Below are positions 10,806-23,749 of a stretch of 41,895 nt of DNA, piece by piece; within the stretch, counting starts at the first letter, position 1, and the number at the start of each line of letters is the position of its first letter. The stretch is from Lenisia limosa. Lineage: Eukaryota > Protista > Breviatea. The notes beneath the pieces are model-generated. The model did no database searches. It was given only the letters and a program-made list of their open reading frames with translations, and was not told the DNA's origin. Location: the NCBI GenBank assembly GCA_001655205.1, contig LPNZ01011243.1, positions 1-41,895 on the forward strand, read 5' to 3'. Made by a program: the position numbers and the translations under genes.

Positions 10806-13800
10806 TTAGACCATCGCAGGAGGTTGGTCATCAATTACATCGTCACCCATCATGGCCTGACCAAGCCTGTCTGAAGGGTCGCGGAAGGGGGTCACAGGGG
10901 GCTCTAGATCATCTGAAGGGTTGACCCAAATTGGACTGAATTATCGATAGTTTTCAGCACAAAAAGATAGAATTTGATGTTCTACGCTTACTGCTTTCTG
11001 CAGGTTGGGCTGGTGATGAAACCTAAAAAAAATAAGATCAAAATATTATTGAACAAAAGAGGTATTTATAAAACAGAAGATAGTCATAACAGTCAGGCCC
11101 AGCAAACATTAATAGGCTGAAGTGATCGGATAATAGTCTCTTGATCCGGAAGGGGTGGCGACTAAGAGATGAGAGCCCTGAAGTCGAGCTAGGAAGAGAA
11201 AGGCAGCTAGGACTCAACATACCGCTGAAACTATGAGCTCACTGGGAGAGCGTTCAATACTTTCAGGAACCTGTGGGGATTCTTCTGAAGAAATGATAAA
11301 TGATGACAAAAGCGACCAACCAGTCTTTGGTATGTCCTCCTTTGTTATCTGCTGGTTTTTTTGTTTTCGTGTTCGTTTTGTCCGCTTTCCTGATGCAAGG
11401 CCTGATAGCAAAGATGAGAAAAGAGATAGAAAATAGACTTGCTTAAGGTGGTTCAGTCGTTGTTTTATTTGGTAAATAAAGCGGAACTGTGTGAGCAGTT
11501 TTTCAAAATGACCCTTCGGGATATGAAACCGCTCTAATATGGAAATTTTAAAAATGGGTAAAAATGAGTGTAAAAAAAAGGGGGGGGGGGCTGGAATGNN
11601 NNNNNNNNNNNNNNNNNNNNNNNNNNNNNNNNNNNNNNNNNNNNNNNNNNNNNNNNNNNNNNNNNNNNNNNNNNNNNNNNNNNNNNNNNNAATCCTCAAA
11701 TATCATGTTTAAACCTCCAAAAAAATGTAGAAGCCAAAAACGTCCAAAATTAGTTGGGAAAATGGACATTTAAAAAAATCTCTATCCGAGGCCATTTTAT
11801 ATGAAAAACTACCCTAGAAATTGTTCCCGAAGGCCTTTTTTTAAAACTGCACAATGGCTTCAAATTATTTTGCAATACAAAACAGCAACTGAACCACCCT
11901 AAGTATATTTTAGGCTCAAAAGCAGAAACTGCTTACCTTCCTCCATTTTCTTCAACCTCTCTTCAAGAGATTTTAACGCTTTTTCCCTGAAGGAATGATG
12001 TATATATCATACACTAATATAGAATAATATTATAAAAAAGAGGGTGCATCGAGATGATTATTAACTTTAGATCAGGAAATATACAGTATCACACTGGATG
12101 AAATTACCACACATAATGGGCGCAAACCTCCTTCGTTCATCCTGCTTGGATTTGCCCTTGGAGTCTTCCAGCGGCTCATCAGCTGGTGGCACGGTTACGT
12201 CCGCCTGGCCTTCGGCTTGGTCATCAAGGTGCCGTCCGACCAACTACAAATGAGACGGATGGGGATCAAAAAAAGTAAAACGTGGAGACTGCACTATGAT
12301 CACAATTTTAAGAAAAAGAGAGGAGAGTGATAAATAAGGCAGCGACAGTTCTTACATTATAGGTGACTTCACTAACTGAGTTAACAGCAGGCCTAAAATG
12401 TGTAAAAATACACACTCAGAAAAAAGCTTTCATTGGGATTCAATTATCTGCTATATCATATGTAATGGATTTGTAATGATTAGGGTAAAATCAAAGGTAG
12501 CTGTGCCCATTTCCTCTTGTATTTGTAATTTCCACATATTTGGTAGGACAAAACTGGATTGATACAATAGAGGATGGGTCCAAGAGGAAGAGCTTCTCAC
12601 TGCATCTGATTGGGAAAATAACTTGCGAAAGAAAAGTCTGTCGCATCATTGCCTCGGAAGTTGCCATTGTCTGTGGTCGAGTAAGGTTGGATTTCGAAAT
12701 AACAGAATATGATAGTTGAATTTGATGGGGAAAAAGGAACGCCTACACTGGAAGAACCTCAGGTACACCCAAGACGAATAAATGCCAACAACAAGGCGCA
12801 AAACTGTTCCGTACTCATGACTGAGCAAAATGTACACCAATGCTAACAAACAAATGGTAAAAGGCAGCATCTACAAGGAAAGTCACAATAATGAAAAGAC
12901 AGTTTGAGGTGGTTTGGCAAAAACAAAGAACTGCCCACTTTTGAGTTGATAGAGGTACTGCGGATCATAATTTTTGGATAAATCTATAGGATTAATTGGA
13001 TAAAACGATTGGGATACCTCTTTTACATTTTCTCCCATACCTGGGTAAGAGCCATGGCAGCTCCTGCTAAAACACCTCCGAATCCATAGGAGGTGGAATA
13101 CCTTGGAGAATTATCAGAACATGTTTAATAAAAATAGGTCAAGCAGGAAATCTCTATTGGTGCAAAAACCCCTTACAGAAAATGCAATTGTCCAGAAACG
13201 TAGTACAGGATAATGAACGCAAAAAACATGACAACTCCAATAGAAACATTAAGAATGGCCAAAAACTAAGATGGTGAGATAATGCTTGGTTTGTTAAGAA
13301 AAATAAGGGGAAAAAAAAAACATTTTTGTGATTTCAATAACACAGTGGGCCGACCTTGTAACACTCAAAAGGGCCCCATCTTGGCTCAAATACGTAGCCA
13401 AAGAAGGCAATGCCAACAACATCAATAATCACCTACAGTGGTCACTGTTCTACCTTATAGTATAGCAAATACCCAAAAACCCACCAACCCCAATAATATT
13501 CTTTTCGCAAAAGCCACATGTCAAGACGGTCCAAAACTAAAGGGTCAGGAAAATAACCCAATAACCCAAGTTACGAATGCAGACCTGATAGTGAGAAAAG
13601 ATGTACCCCGGAATCATAGCGAACCATTCTCGGAGACCAGGTATTACTAAATTGTCAAGAACCTGTGAGCAAAATCAATTGCCATAAAATTGGTTTGAAA
13701 AGATACTTTTAGGAAACAGCCTGTCACCCTGCATATTCCCTCCCAACTTACGGACAGTCAGAAGTGCGAAGCTTCCAACGGATGCTGAGACAATCTGTGT

Positions 13801-13941
13801 GTAGTACGGAACCTTGCTCCAGGGCTCTTTGACCAAAGACTACGTTGAGTGAGACTGAACAGAGAAATATCAGAAATAGGCAAGTGATCACCATTAAGGA
13901 ACCAGACTACCACTTACATCAAAGGTAAATCGAGGAGGCAT
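10806..13941 (-). CDS. TMEM115: TMEM115 (PL6)-like Golgi membrane protein
   Basis: Spliced: MPPRFTFD..., FWTVLTCGFCEKNIIGVIIDVVGIAFFGYVFEPRWGPFE, GIYSSWVYLRFFQ, FRGNDATDFSFASYFP, ERRREKALKSLEERLKK, matching TMEM115 hallmarks (LEPLWG, SWVYLRFYQ, RGD..DHFAFATFFP, ERRRQLALKALNERL). ATG 13941; predicted stop TAA 10808-10806. Confidence 0.88.
11447..11898. mobile_element. Longer MITE-like element of the same TIR family, in a TMEM115 intron (contains an N gap)
   Basis: TTAA|GGTGGTTCAGTCGTTGTTTT ... AAAACAGCAACTGAACCACC|CTAA; shares the terminal GGTRGTTCAGT and internal words AAAACTACCC and CCGAAGGC with the 9523-9644 element. Confidence 0.65.
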
Positions 13942-14289
13942 GGTTACCCTTTCTTGCTATCTACGTGAAGCAATTGATCACCAATTGATTCCTCCAAAAA
14001 AAAGCAGGGAAAACGGCAAGGCTTCAGCAGGATGCAGGAACTACAACATCAAGCAAGTTGGAGGAAAGATTGTTTCTTCTCTTGCAGTTCTCTGGTCTCT
14101 GTGTAGTACAAGTGTAGTACAGACAGAGAGAACAATGAATGGAAACGAAAGACAGAGAAATGTGAGAAATGAGAGAAGACTAAAAGACAGTATAACACTG
14201 GTCCAGTTCTCAGACCGGATTCAAAAAATTACGGCGGCGAAGCAGAAGAAACTTTCATCGGCTGTTATTTTGGATCACTTCTATCGTAT

Positions 14290-14371
14290 GACTAGTTGGC
14301 CGAGTGGTTAAGGCGACAGATTAGAAATCTGTTGGGTTCTGCCCGCGTAGGTTCAAATCCTGCACTAGTCG
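14290..14371 (+). tRNA. tRNA-Ser, anticodon AGA
   Basis: Acceptor stem GACTAGT/ACTAGTC, discriminator G, D-arm TGGCCGAGTGGTTAAGGC, anticodon stem ACAGA/TCTGT with loop TTAGAAA, long variable arm, T-loop GTTCAAATCC; 82 nt, no intron. Confidence 0.97.
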
Positions 14372-14372
14372 A

Positions 14373-14382
14373 TTTTTTTTTC
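14373..14382 (+). terminator. Pol III oligo-T terminator of tRNA-Ser
   Basis: T10 run two bases after the discriminator. Confidence 0.85.
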
Positions 14383-14559
14383 CTAAGGGAGTAAACACAA
14401 ATAAATACATGTTTGATCAATGTTATTCGCATTTGTTCTTTTTTATTATTAAAGAATATCTATGACACGCATCAGTCAAGCATCTGTTGTGATTTTCATT
14501 TTCACCCAATTTTACCCTTCAGGTAGCAAAAAGTAACACGGGCCGGATTGACCCAGAGC

Positions 14560-17500
14560 TGCTGGGAACAATTTTCACCCACCAATGGGTCAATATATAT
14601 TGGGTATTTCGAATTGGTAAAAATTGCGTAAGTTGACAACCTCCGAGCCAGACTACTGGTAACACACCTGCTTTAAGATTGTATTGTATATAAATAATAC
14701 ATGATCATATCGATATTGGATTTTTGCAATAACGAATAGCAGGATAAATTAAAGCGAAACGGAATCAAAATAACAATAGAGAGGAGAATCAACTCTTGCA
14801 AAGTAATGTGACAGAATTGAAGTTTTAGCTGGCAATGAAACCTTCAGGCATAACATTACAAATGTAGTTGGTGAGTGCTCGCTTGCTGTCACTTGGCTTA
14901 TCACTTGCCTTATCGTAACTAAAATGTCATCTTCTGCTTCAAATGCTTTTTTAAACGAGAACACCTTCCCACATTTTGATGAGTACTTCTGAAAGTAGTT
15001 GGTTGAAGTTCAATTTCATGTTCTCCAAAATATGGCTGTGAGCCTACGCGTTAAACAAGTTGTGAGACAAAAGGCCTACCAGGTTCATAGCGCCTGCCAT
15101 GTCCCCAGAATCCAGCCTGGCCTGGGCCAAATACGCCACTGCCGTTCTGGAAGATCAGAGCATTGACAATTGTAAAAAATATAACCCACATCAAATAGTA
15201 TCACATCAACTATAGTTTTTTTCTTTACTCATACATCTGAACCTGACAAACAACTAACAACTATTTTATTTGCAATTCTTACGTGGATTCCGGGCCGAGT
15301 TCACGTGCTTTTGAGAAGTGAACCACCGCCTCTCTGTGCCGCCGTGACTTCGACAGCATATATCCACTGGTTCAGTTAGTAATTCGTTGACATTTCAGAA
15401 ATGGAAATAAAAGAAGCACTCATAATGCCACTTTAAAAAAAATCAAAGGCGGTAGCAAATATGGAGTTGATCTCATTATTATTTTTTTTCACTTTTCAAA
15501 AGAGTCAAATTGTTTTATTTTAAAATGTTTTACAAACCAGATCCTCAAAAGTCCAGAGCTGTGGCCCCTTCAAACAATAACCAGCATGTAGAATTTAGCC
15601 TATCTATACAAACCTTGACATGAATTTGTAGAATGAGTCTGCGAGATGGTAAATGTGCTTTTGGAAGAACACATCCGCTGCTGAAATGGAACCTGCCTTC
15701 AAGGGTCATAAAAATGAATCGGTGTGTCAAATGCCCCTGATAACTGTCATAGATGGGAGATATAACATTATGAAACTGTTGACTATCTAACAGCTGAAAA
15801 ACAGAGTTCCAAGTGGGAGAACAAACCTCAACTTGCATTCTAATAATGTGGAATAAAATAGAACGATCTTGAGGAGCTCTCTCGTTAAGCTGCGAATATG
15901 AGGTCAAAGGGTGATGTCCATAATCCTCAGTAGACCGAGAATACCAACCTTGTGCATGAGTTCAATAGAGGTAGAAGGGAACTGAAGTTGTGAAATCAGG
16001 ATCGCAATTGCAGCACCAAGGCGAACACAGCGCGACTGCCACCGTTGAAACATGGTCGAAGGGGCCAGACAAGGTACACCCTGAATATCAGTAACATGGA
16101 CTAAGAGTTAACCATTATTGCTTATCCCCCCCCCCCCCNNNNNNNNNNNNNNNNNNNNNNNNNNNNNNNNNNNNNNNNNNNNNNNNNNNNNNNNNNNNNN
16201 NNNNNNNNNNNNNNNNNNNNNNNNNNNNNNNNNNNNNNNNNNNNNNNNNNNNNNNNNNNNNNNNNNNNNNNNNNNGTTTATAGAGGTAAATACAGGTTCA
16301 GAAAAAAAAGAAAAAAAAAAGAAAAAAAAAAAAAACTACTCTCAGGAAAAGCACTTGGGTATTAATTTCAGAAAGTGCAGAAAAGAATCTATGCTTTCTT
16401 GGTGGAATTCAGACTTTTCGACTTGAGTCCAATTCCATACCTCATGAGAGAAGTGAGTGAAGGGCCTGAAGGGCGAAGAGTCGGTAAATAGTCGATGTCA
16501 TGAAGGAAGGACTGCAGGGTAAAAGTAAAGGTAAAGACGTTTTGCCCATAAAACTAACTTGAGTGTCATCAAGGGGTTCAGCAGTCAATTGGTTACTGGT
16601 CATAAAACTTTTAATGCGGTCCGCCTAAATGTATCAGCTTCATGACAAGTAATAATTTTGGGTTTTTTTTTTTAATAAAAATAATTTTCATTACCATCAT
16701 CATAATAGAAAATGTATCTTTAAAAGAACAATAAAAATCTGCTGCATCAAAGTGTCATTAAAGCGGTGTTAAAGCCGGGTGCCAATCCAAAAAATTGTCA
16801 CGTATCCGAACAAAAAGTTTCGATGACATCATCTTTTTTTCTAAAAAGAGTTTTATGGAGGTCGGTAAGTTTTTTTTTTGAGCATCATGAGGCACATAGG
16901 TTGATTTATTGACTTGATGAAAAGGTTTTTGAATAAGTGACACGGTGTTGATGCAGTATAATATCTGATAATATATTGTAATAAATCATTTGAAGTATTA
17001 TCAAAGACAAAAGCTTACCTGGTTGCAACAGATATGGTAAAGCTCAAAAAGCTTGTCAATTGCCTGAATGGTAAAGAAAAACAGATTGCTAAGCAAAAAG
17101 GAAAAAAACAGGAATGCTATCTTTTACAGATGAGTGTATTTCATGTTTGCTTCAATGCTTACGGTGAGTGTCTGCCCAAGGTAGTGTGGCAGTTCAGCAG
17201 CTAAAACTCGGAGACCGAACGGAATCATTGACCCCCGTCGTCCTGCATAAAGCCCAACCTGGATCCGTCACTAACGATGCTATTGTGGTAACAAAATGGG
17301 AAACAAAAAAAGACTCAATTCCATTGACTGCGCGCTATTTTATCATATGTATTATGGGTGAAATAGTGATTATTTTTTTCACTATATGATACCTTTACAT
17401 ATATGCATATAGTATATATATATATATATATAGATATATATAATTAAATATTAGAATAACATAGTATTATATTTATTCTTTAACAGGTTAAGATCCTCTA

Positions 17501-19155
17501 CATTCCATCCAAACCTGATTGTCGAAGAGAGTGTTGGGGCTATTCAAGTCCCCCTACGATGTCAAAACAATCATGCAATATGATGTGTTGGGCAAAAAAT
17601 AAGAATTTGAATGCGAGGTAAATTAGAGTTTTTTTACATAATACATAATATAGTATATCATATGATATCATATGCATATACTATATACTATAATATAATA
17701 TATCGATATATATAGTAGTATATGATATATATATACTAGCTATACTAATTATATATTATATAAATAATATATACTATATCTAGCTATATCATATGTACTA
17801 TATGTATTATACATCGATATTATATCTTCTTTCATATAGTATTATATGCCTTCGATTTCAGGCCCACAAAAGAGGCGAGGTCAGTGGCGGCAACAGTATG
17901 CCTGCTGAGTTGGAAGTTTGCCCTCAACCGTGCCAGTCTTAATAAGTAGACCTCAGCTGTGAAAAAAGGTTTTTTGTATTTAGGCGAAAAAAAGAACAAT
18001 ATCAAAACCCCCCTCAATATTGTTTGATCTCATTTGAAATGGACTCGATTCAAATCAAGAAATACAAAAAATACAAAAAGAATGCAACACAAAACCCCAA
18101 TACCTCATCAGGCTTCAACGCTGACTCAGTGATTGACAATTGGGCAGTAAGAGCCAAAACAGCAATCCATGCTCCACGACCCTGGGAAGTCAAAGAAATA
18201 AACCATTTCTATGGTTCAATTTTGCTCATGAAAGACCAACGGCTAGATCATTGACTCCTTGTAAGTTATGGGCCACTGCTGCTTCAGACGGGCGTTGTAC
18301 GTTACTTTGGAAGGTCACACAGAGGCCAATATCGTAACACGATTAGAGCTTACATTGCCTCAAAAATATGCTTTTTTAAGGTACATATATATATATATAT
18401 CATATACATATGATATACATGTATATATTTTTTGGGCTTCTTAGTCTTCCAAAAATAAGAGAAAAATATGGATAATTACCGAGGATTTATCAAAAAAACA
18501 AAACAAAAAAAAAGTGGCCAGTAAGACATTGGGCTCCACCACTTACGCTTCAGCCATGCCTCGGTGAAGGGCCGCGGTGAACTCCTGCGATGGGCTGACG
18601 CGCCTTCTGAAAGTGAATGTGATGCGATTGGAATTATTATCAAGGTTTGTACAGAATTTGCTCCTTCTTTTGTTGTTTATCTGGTGTTGACCTGACTATA
18701 TTGGCCATGTCTAACTCTGCAACACCAATATTGATCTCATTAAGCTACAATATGTATCAAGCAGGATTACTCATGACCATTCAAGTAACTGACAAAACCC
18801 AGGCCTACTCATTGTCCGAACTAGAACGAGGGGCTGGAGACTGGTTTCCTTCTAAGTGTATGAAAAAAAAAAAGCCATTCTACTCTTATTCAGATCCAGT
18901 ATCCCATCATTAGTGTGGAGGAACCAATCTCACTGAATGGGTTTTTCTGTCCACCCGAAGGAGGCACGGGTAGCGTTCTTCGCGAAGAGACGGTCACATT
19001 GGGAGATTGCGGATGGAATGGATTTGACATTGTGAATCAGTTGTGAATATCTCCTAGGTAGGACAAAAACAGGAAAGCTGTTGAGTTTTGTTTTGTTTCC
19101 TTTAAAACCTGGAGGAGGAGGAGGAGGAAGGGGGGGGGGGGGCAGGAGAAGGGCA
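14560..19155 (-). CDS. TRAPPC12: TRAPPC12 (TTC15)-like TPR protein; start lies in or beyond the 19156-19212 gap, 3' end unresolved
   Basis: Spliced: AWIAVLALTAQL, LLRLARLRANFQL...DLASF|GDLNSPN, GLYAGRRGSMIPFGLRVLAAELPHYLGQ (cf. [24 protein letters not shown]), AIDKLFEL, WQSRCVRLGAAIAILI, TAVAYLAQARLDSGDMAGAMNL (TPR-like). Two N gaps (one internal, one at the 5' edge). Confidence 0.8.
17390..17848. repeat. Two (TA)n-rich low-complexity intronic tracts (about 17390-17480 and 17640-17848)
   Basis: Nearly pure A/T alternating sequence between TRAPPC12-like exons. Confidence 0.8.
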
Positions 19156-19339
19156 NNNNNNNNNNNNNNNNNNNNNNNNNNNNNNNNNNNNNNNNNNNNN
19201 NNNNNNNNNNNNTTGATATACTCTATCAAAAAAATAATAGCATCAAAAGAAGCTCCTTTATTTGCTGTTTGTTTAGCTAGGTTAGATTCTTTTTTTTTGT
19301 TTTAATAAGTGTTTTTGACGCACTTAATTACTGGATTTG

Positions 19340-20460
19340 ATGACTACTGCTGAAGGTATTTTGGAATTGAAGAGGAAAATAAGCCATTGTTCCATTCGCC
19401 ATGTTTCACCAAATTCAGAACCTACTATGGAACAACCACCTGTGATTGTAGTAAGTAGGGGTTATTATGATGATTCCAGAGCGTTTTTGCGGATAAATAT
19501 TAAAAGGTACCATGTTAGGAGGCTTTTATTGAACTATTATCTTATTTTCAGTTGATAATAACATCCTCTGAAGGAAACCATTCCTTCCAAAGCGCGCCAA
19601 TTCACTCTTCTTTCACCCAATTATTTTTATTTCTTTCAATACCTCCAAGGCTCTTCTATGTGGATTTGCAGCATCCTTTTCTTTACTTATAAATTTAGGA
19701 GACTAAGGAGGATGTGGTTGACATCGAGGCCCAAAAGAAAGTATGTTCATTTCCCAACAATCATATGTTTTTACTCATCATATTCCTTGAATATTTTGTT
19801 TCCACCCCCTTACACATGAATGCTTTGTGAGAAAAGATGAGATAAAATTGTGTTTTTTTGGTCCTCCGAAAAAAGTGACTTTTTTCACCTTCAAGATCGA
19901 ACTCAAGTCACTTCAGAAGGAGAAAGATGTGACTAAAGAGAAGCCAAAAGCTCCTGAAGAAACGAAGGAGGAAGAGCAAAGTGAAATCAAGGAAGCAGAG
20001 GCTCCACCTAAGGTGGTCAGTTTGGGGCAAAATCACTTTTCCCGTCCTTTGTAGCGGCATTTATGTTTTTTAATATCACAGGTTCAAGAAGAGTCAGTAC
20101 CAAAGCCAGTCCAGCAAAAGGTCGAGCTTGTTTATGTGGTATGCGTGGTTGCTCTTCACTGTATTTATTTTTTCTTGGCTCTTCATTTTCATTTCTTAGG
20201 ACGATGATTATGATGACGATGAAGATCAGTTTTTTCAGGTTTGTTGAGAGGCCTTTGTTGGGGAGCTTCTGTTCACAAGGTAGGAGGACGATGAAGAGTC
20301 GGACTACGAAGCTTCTGAAAGCGAGGCTAGTGAAGGCATTATTTATGAGAAGAAGCGGCCGGTGGAGTCTTCAGATGATGACTACACTGACGACAGCGAA
20401 GATGAACGTCCAGTCAAGCGCAAGCCCGCTCGCAAGCCCGCCAAGAAAGCCCGTAAGTAG
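19340..20460 (+). CDS. Small acidic/Lys-rich low-complexity protein, probably nuclear; start uncertain
   Basis: Phase-0 exons ETKEDVVDIEAQKK, IELKSLQKEKDVTKEKPKAPEETKEEEQSE, DDDYDDDEDQFFQ, EDDEESDYEASESE...RPVKRKPARKPAKKARK* (TAG 20458-20460); basic NLS-like tail. Confidence 0.6.
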
Positions 20461-20816
20461 GCTGTTGTAATTTCTTGTACAGTATGTGTTTTTAATGGAT
20501 CGTATTTTTAGTTTTGACAGTTAGTGGACCGTTCCATGGTACAACCTGAAATACATTCTTTAAGTAATAAATAGAAACCATATTATGATGCAGCGGACTT
20601 CATTTTGGCAAATCTTGCCACCTCCCATTTGTAATGCACCTCAAACGTGGAGAGGGAGAAGGCCTGGCCGCAGAGAGGGCATTCGCGGGGCATTGTGTTG
20701 CTGTCATACTCCACTATAGCATTAAAGCAATCACTGATAGGAATTGGCGAGTACTGTAGTTTCCCCCCCTCCCATTAGTCTGAATTATTTGGAGACAACC
20801 CTTCCATTCTTTATTC

Positions 20817-23360
20817 CTATGGCGACTCACCTTCGGTCGGTGAAAGCCGCTTTCGTGGAGCCAAAATGCTGACATCCATACGGAGTGCCTCACCTTGCTG
20901 AGCCCCTGAAACCATGAAACTCTGCCTCAAAATAGATTCTCGGAGAGCAAATATCTGACCTTCAAAGAGGGAGTGGTCAAGAGCTTTGTAGACGACATTG
21001 GCATCTTCAATATTGGCAACGGTGATCACAGCCTTGCCCTGCAATCATAAGTTTTGGAAGACCTTTTCAAAAAGACTCATACAAAATCAATACACCTCCT
21101 GCCTATCTCACACAGTCAACTCACCTGGCAGTTCCCTGAGGCATTCCTGAAGACTACCGGCTTGGTGTACTGAGAGATTCCACATTCATAAACCATACGA
21201 GTGATTTGCGACTCATTGGTGCGAGATGGTAAACGGGCAAATTGGATAGTGACTCTAGAAAGTCAGCACTGAATCATGAAAGAAGAAGACGCACCCATTA
21301 GGGAAAGAAACGACTGGGGGAGGAGGGCCTCGCCGCTTGGGTGACGGTGAGCGTGAGCGAGAGAGTGACCGTGACATTGACCGTGGAGAATATCGCCTGG
21401 TGTTTCGCGAATTGTAGCGACGGTTACTGTTGTGATCAATCAAAAAATTGGGCTGGCAAAATACTCCAATCAGTCTCAAACATTTCCTGTATTCCAATTG
21501 CTATGATATTGGAGGTGGAGGGGGAGAGTAAAATTGAAAAATTAATGAAACAAAAAAACCCAAATCAACTCTGTTGGCTGGTAACACACAAGGGTTGATA
21601 ACAACAAAACAAAAAAAGCCCAAGCCAGTAGCTTCTGCAACACCGCATCCCATCACTGGGTGAAAGGTAGGGAAGCTCGAGCTTACTCTCTTTTGCCTCG
21701 GTTGTTATTATTATATCGCCTGCGAACTGGACTGAAACTTCGGCTTCGGCTTCGACTGCGCGAAATACGCGAATAGCGCGAACCAGACGTGGGTCTGAAT
21801 TGTAAACCGTTGCCAAACAATTTTCCGTCCGGATGCAATACTAACCTTGACCTTGACCTGCTACGCGACCGTGAGCGCGAACGCGACATTGAACGAGACC
21901 AGCGCCTAAAGCAGATTATTGGGTTGCCTATACCTCAATGTTGTAAAACCTCAAATAGATAATTCACAAAAGGGGGTATTGTCACAGTGACACACCTTCC
22001 CTGTGGCCTGTAGCGCCTCCTAGGTGACCTTGAACGGGACCTTGACATCGAGCGAGAGAGTGATCTGACGATCAGAAAATACCGCCAAAGGAGACATTAT
22101 TACTCCAAATCCAATATTCCTTATATCATATTCGATCAAAGCACGTTAGAATTGTACGCAATACTTACCGTGACCTTGACATTGATCGGGATCGAGAACG
22201 GCGATCACTGGTGTGGTATTGAGACTGGGGCTGGATCTAGGAGGTCAGACTGTTACTCAAAAAGCATGCAAATATGATTAAAAATGTCAAGAAACAAACT
22301 AAAGATGCTAACTCAATGACAACAAGCAGCATTTCACTGTCGAAACAGAAGAATCTACTCACAGGGTATTGGATAGTAGGGGGAACTGGGGGCTGATTTT
22401 CGTTGAGGGAAGCGAGAATAGATGGAGTGAGGCGACGAAGGTCAAAGATCGCAGATATGGCCGCAATAGTGGAAGGGAATGTCAGGGTGGCTTTACCTAG
22501 GTTGTAAGTGGAATAGTGTTACTGATGTGTCACAGAATAAGACAGATTTTTCAATAAAACCTCCATTGATATCGATATTACACAGTTGCAGTTTCAGACC
22601 TCTGAGGGCAAATGTTATTGATGAGGGGTTGTGCGGGTGGATGTAACTTCTGAAAGCAGCTTCAGAGGACTAAAGAGTTACCGAAGCAGATGTCAAGTAG
22701 CAATGTAACCCGAGCCAACAATGTTAGAAATGGTATGTACGAGGGTTGGTCCGACTTCTTTGGCCACACTCTGGCTGACAAGCGCGGGAATGACCTTGTT
22801 CGCTTTGGGGAAGTTACCTGCGAACAGTTAATAAAGAGCGTGAGGCCCACATTCACACACTATCATCGAGTCCCCTCCACCTTTGGAAGCATTTGGGTCT
22901 GAAACAAATGACTGAGGGGGCATTTGTCGGAACTCCACTGCGAACATGGGTGTATGTTTACCCAGCTCTATACAGTCCAACTGATGCTTAGCGTTCACTG
23001 CATCTTGCCATGACATCATAGTCACAAAGCCAAGCCCTGAACAGTGAAGCACATCGTACTGGATACTATATTAGGATTACATGAATGGGAATACACAAAA
23101 TGATAAGGTAACGGCAAGGAAAGAAGATGTAATCACCCATTAAAACCCGCGTTTGCCCAGTCAACCTTTACTACTTTCCTTGACAATCTAAAATGTTAAA
23201 ACATAAAGGAACCATCAAAAAGTGTACGTATTCTGACCATTCAGTATACCTTAACACGGTTGACTTGTCCAAAGAGCTCGAAGAGCCCTCGAATGCCATC
23301 CTGCGTTGCTCCATCAGGAAGACCGTGGAGAAACAAGCAGGGGTGGTCCCCCGAACTCAT
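20817..23360 (-). CDS. SR-like RNA-binding protein: RRM, degenerate RRM, RS domain, RRM
   Basis: RRM1 LFLHGLPDGATQDGIRGLFELFGQVNRVKIVKESSKGLGFVTMMSWQDAVNAKHQLD; RRM2-like RGKATLTFPSTIAAISAIFDL; several RS exons (RSRSRSMSRSR, SRSRSRSRSRSR); RRM3 IQFARLPSRTNESQI...CQGKAVITVANIEDANVVYKALDHSLFEG. ATG 23360 (an upstream exon is possible). Confidence 0.8.
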
Positions 23361-23749
23361 TGGACCGTCTCTTGGCTCAGATAATGCCTGTGGTGTTTGA
23401 AAACGGCTTTATAAACGAAAAAACTGAGAAAAGAGGAGAGGAGGGGGTTTCTATTTGTGGAGGTAACCCAAGTGAAGTCTATTTTCTTGAAAATTATTGT
23501 AATATTTCTCTAGTGATGTGAATCTGCCACTGTTAAAAGGAAAAAAGAGAAAGCAGGAAAAGAAAATCAGAAAAAGGAGGAAGATAAGCCCGTCCCGGGA
23601 CTTCCCCACCTGATGTTTTTGGTGGCTTTTGCCCAAAGTCAACCAGAAGCCAACACACTCCAAAAGAAATATCATTGATTCAAACCCGTACATTTTCCCA
23701 AACCCCCCCTTCCTGTTCTGAAATGGGTACATTGAAGATTTGGGAATGA

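Noticed and set aside
14290-14371. tRNA with long variable arm as a possible tRNA-Sec accompanying the selenoprotein
   Set aside because: Anticodon is AGA, not TCA, and it has an ordinary 7-bp acceptor stem and 82-nt length; it is tRNA-Ser.
15320-15374. Inverted TGAACCA...TGGTTCA resembling the MITE terminus or an ncRNA stem
   Set aside because: Only 7 bp, oriented opposite to the MITE TIRs, with no TTAA flanks or snoRNA boxes that I could support.
17844-17852. GC donor (AAG|GCATAT) in TRAPPC12-like gene
   Set aside because: A nearby GT donor (TTT|GTGGGC) gives ASF|GDLNSP, which matches the family better.
18300-19155. Upstream TRAPPC12 exons resembling the TRAPPC12 C-terminus (QKKEQIL, FLRQCKL*), suggesting circular permutation or a second gene
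   Set aside because: A phase-2 splice from 18545 to about 18305 joins these exons directly to the TRAPPC12 core, and the resemblance is only a few residues.
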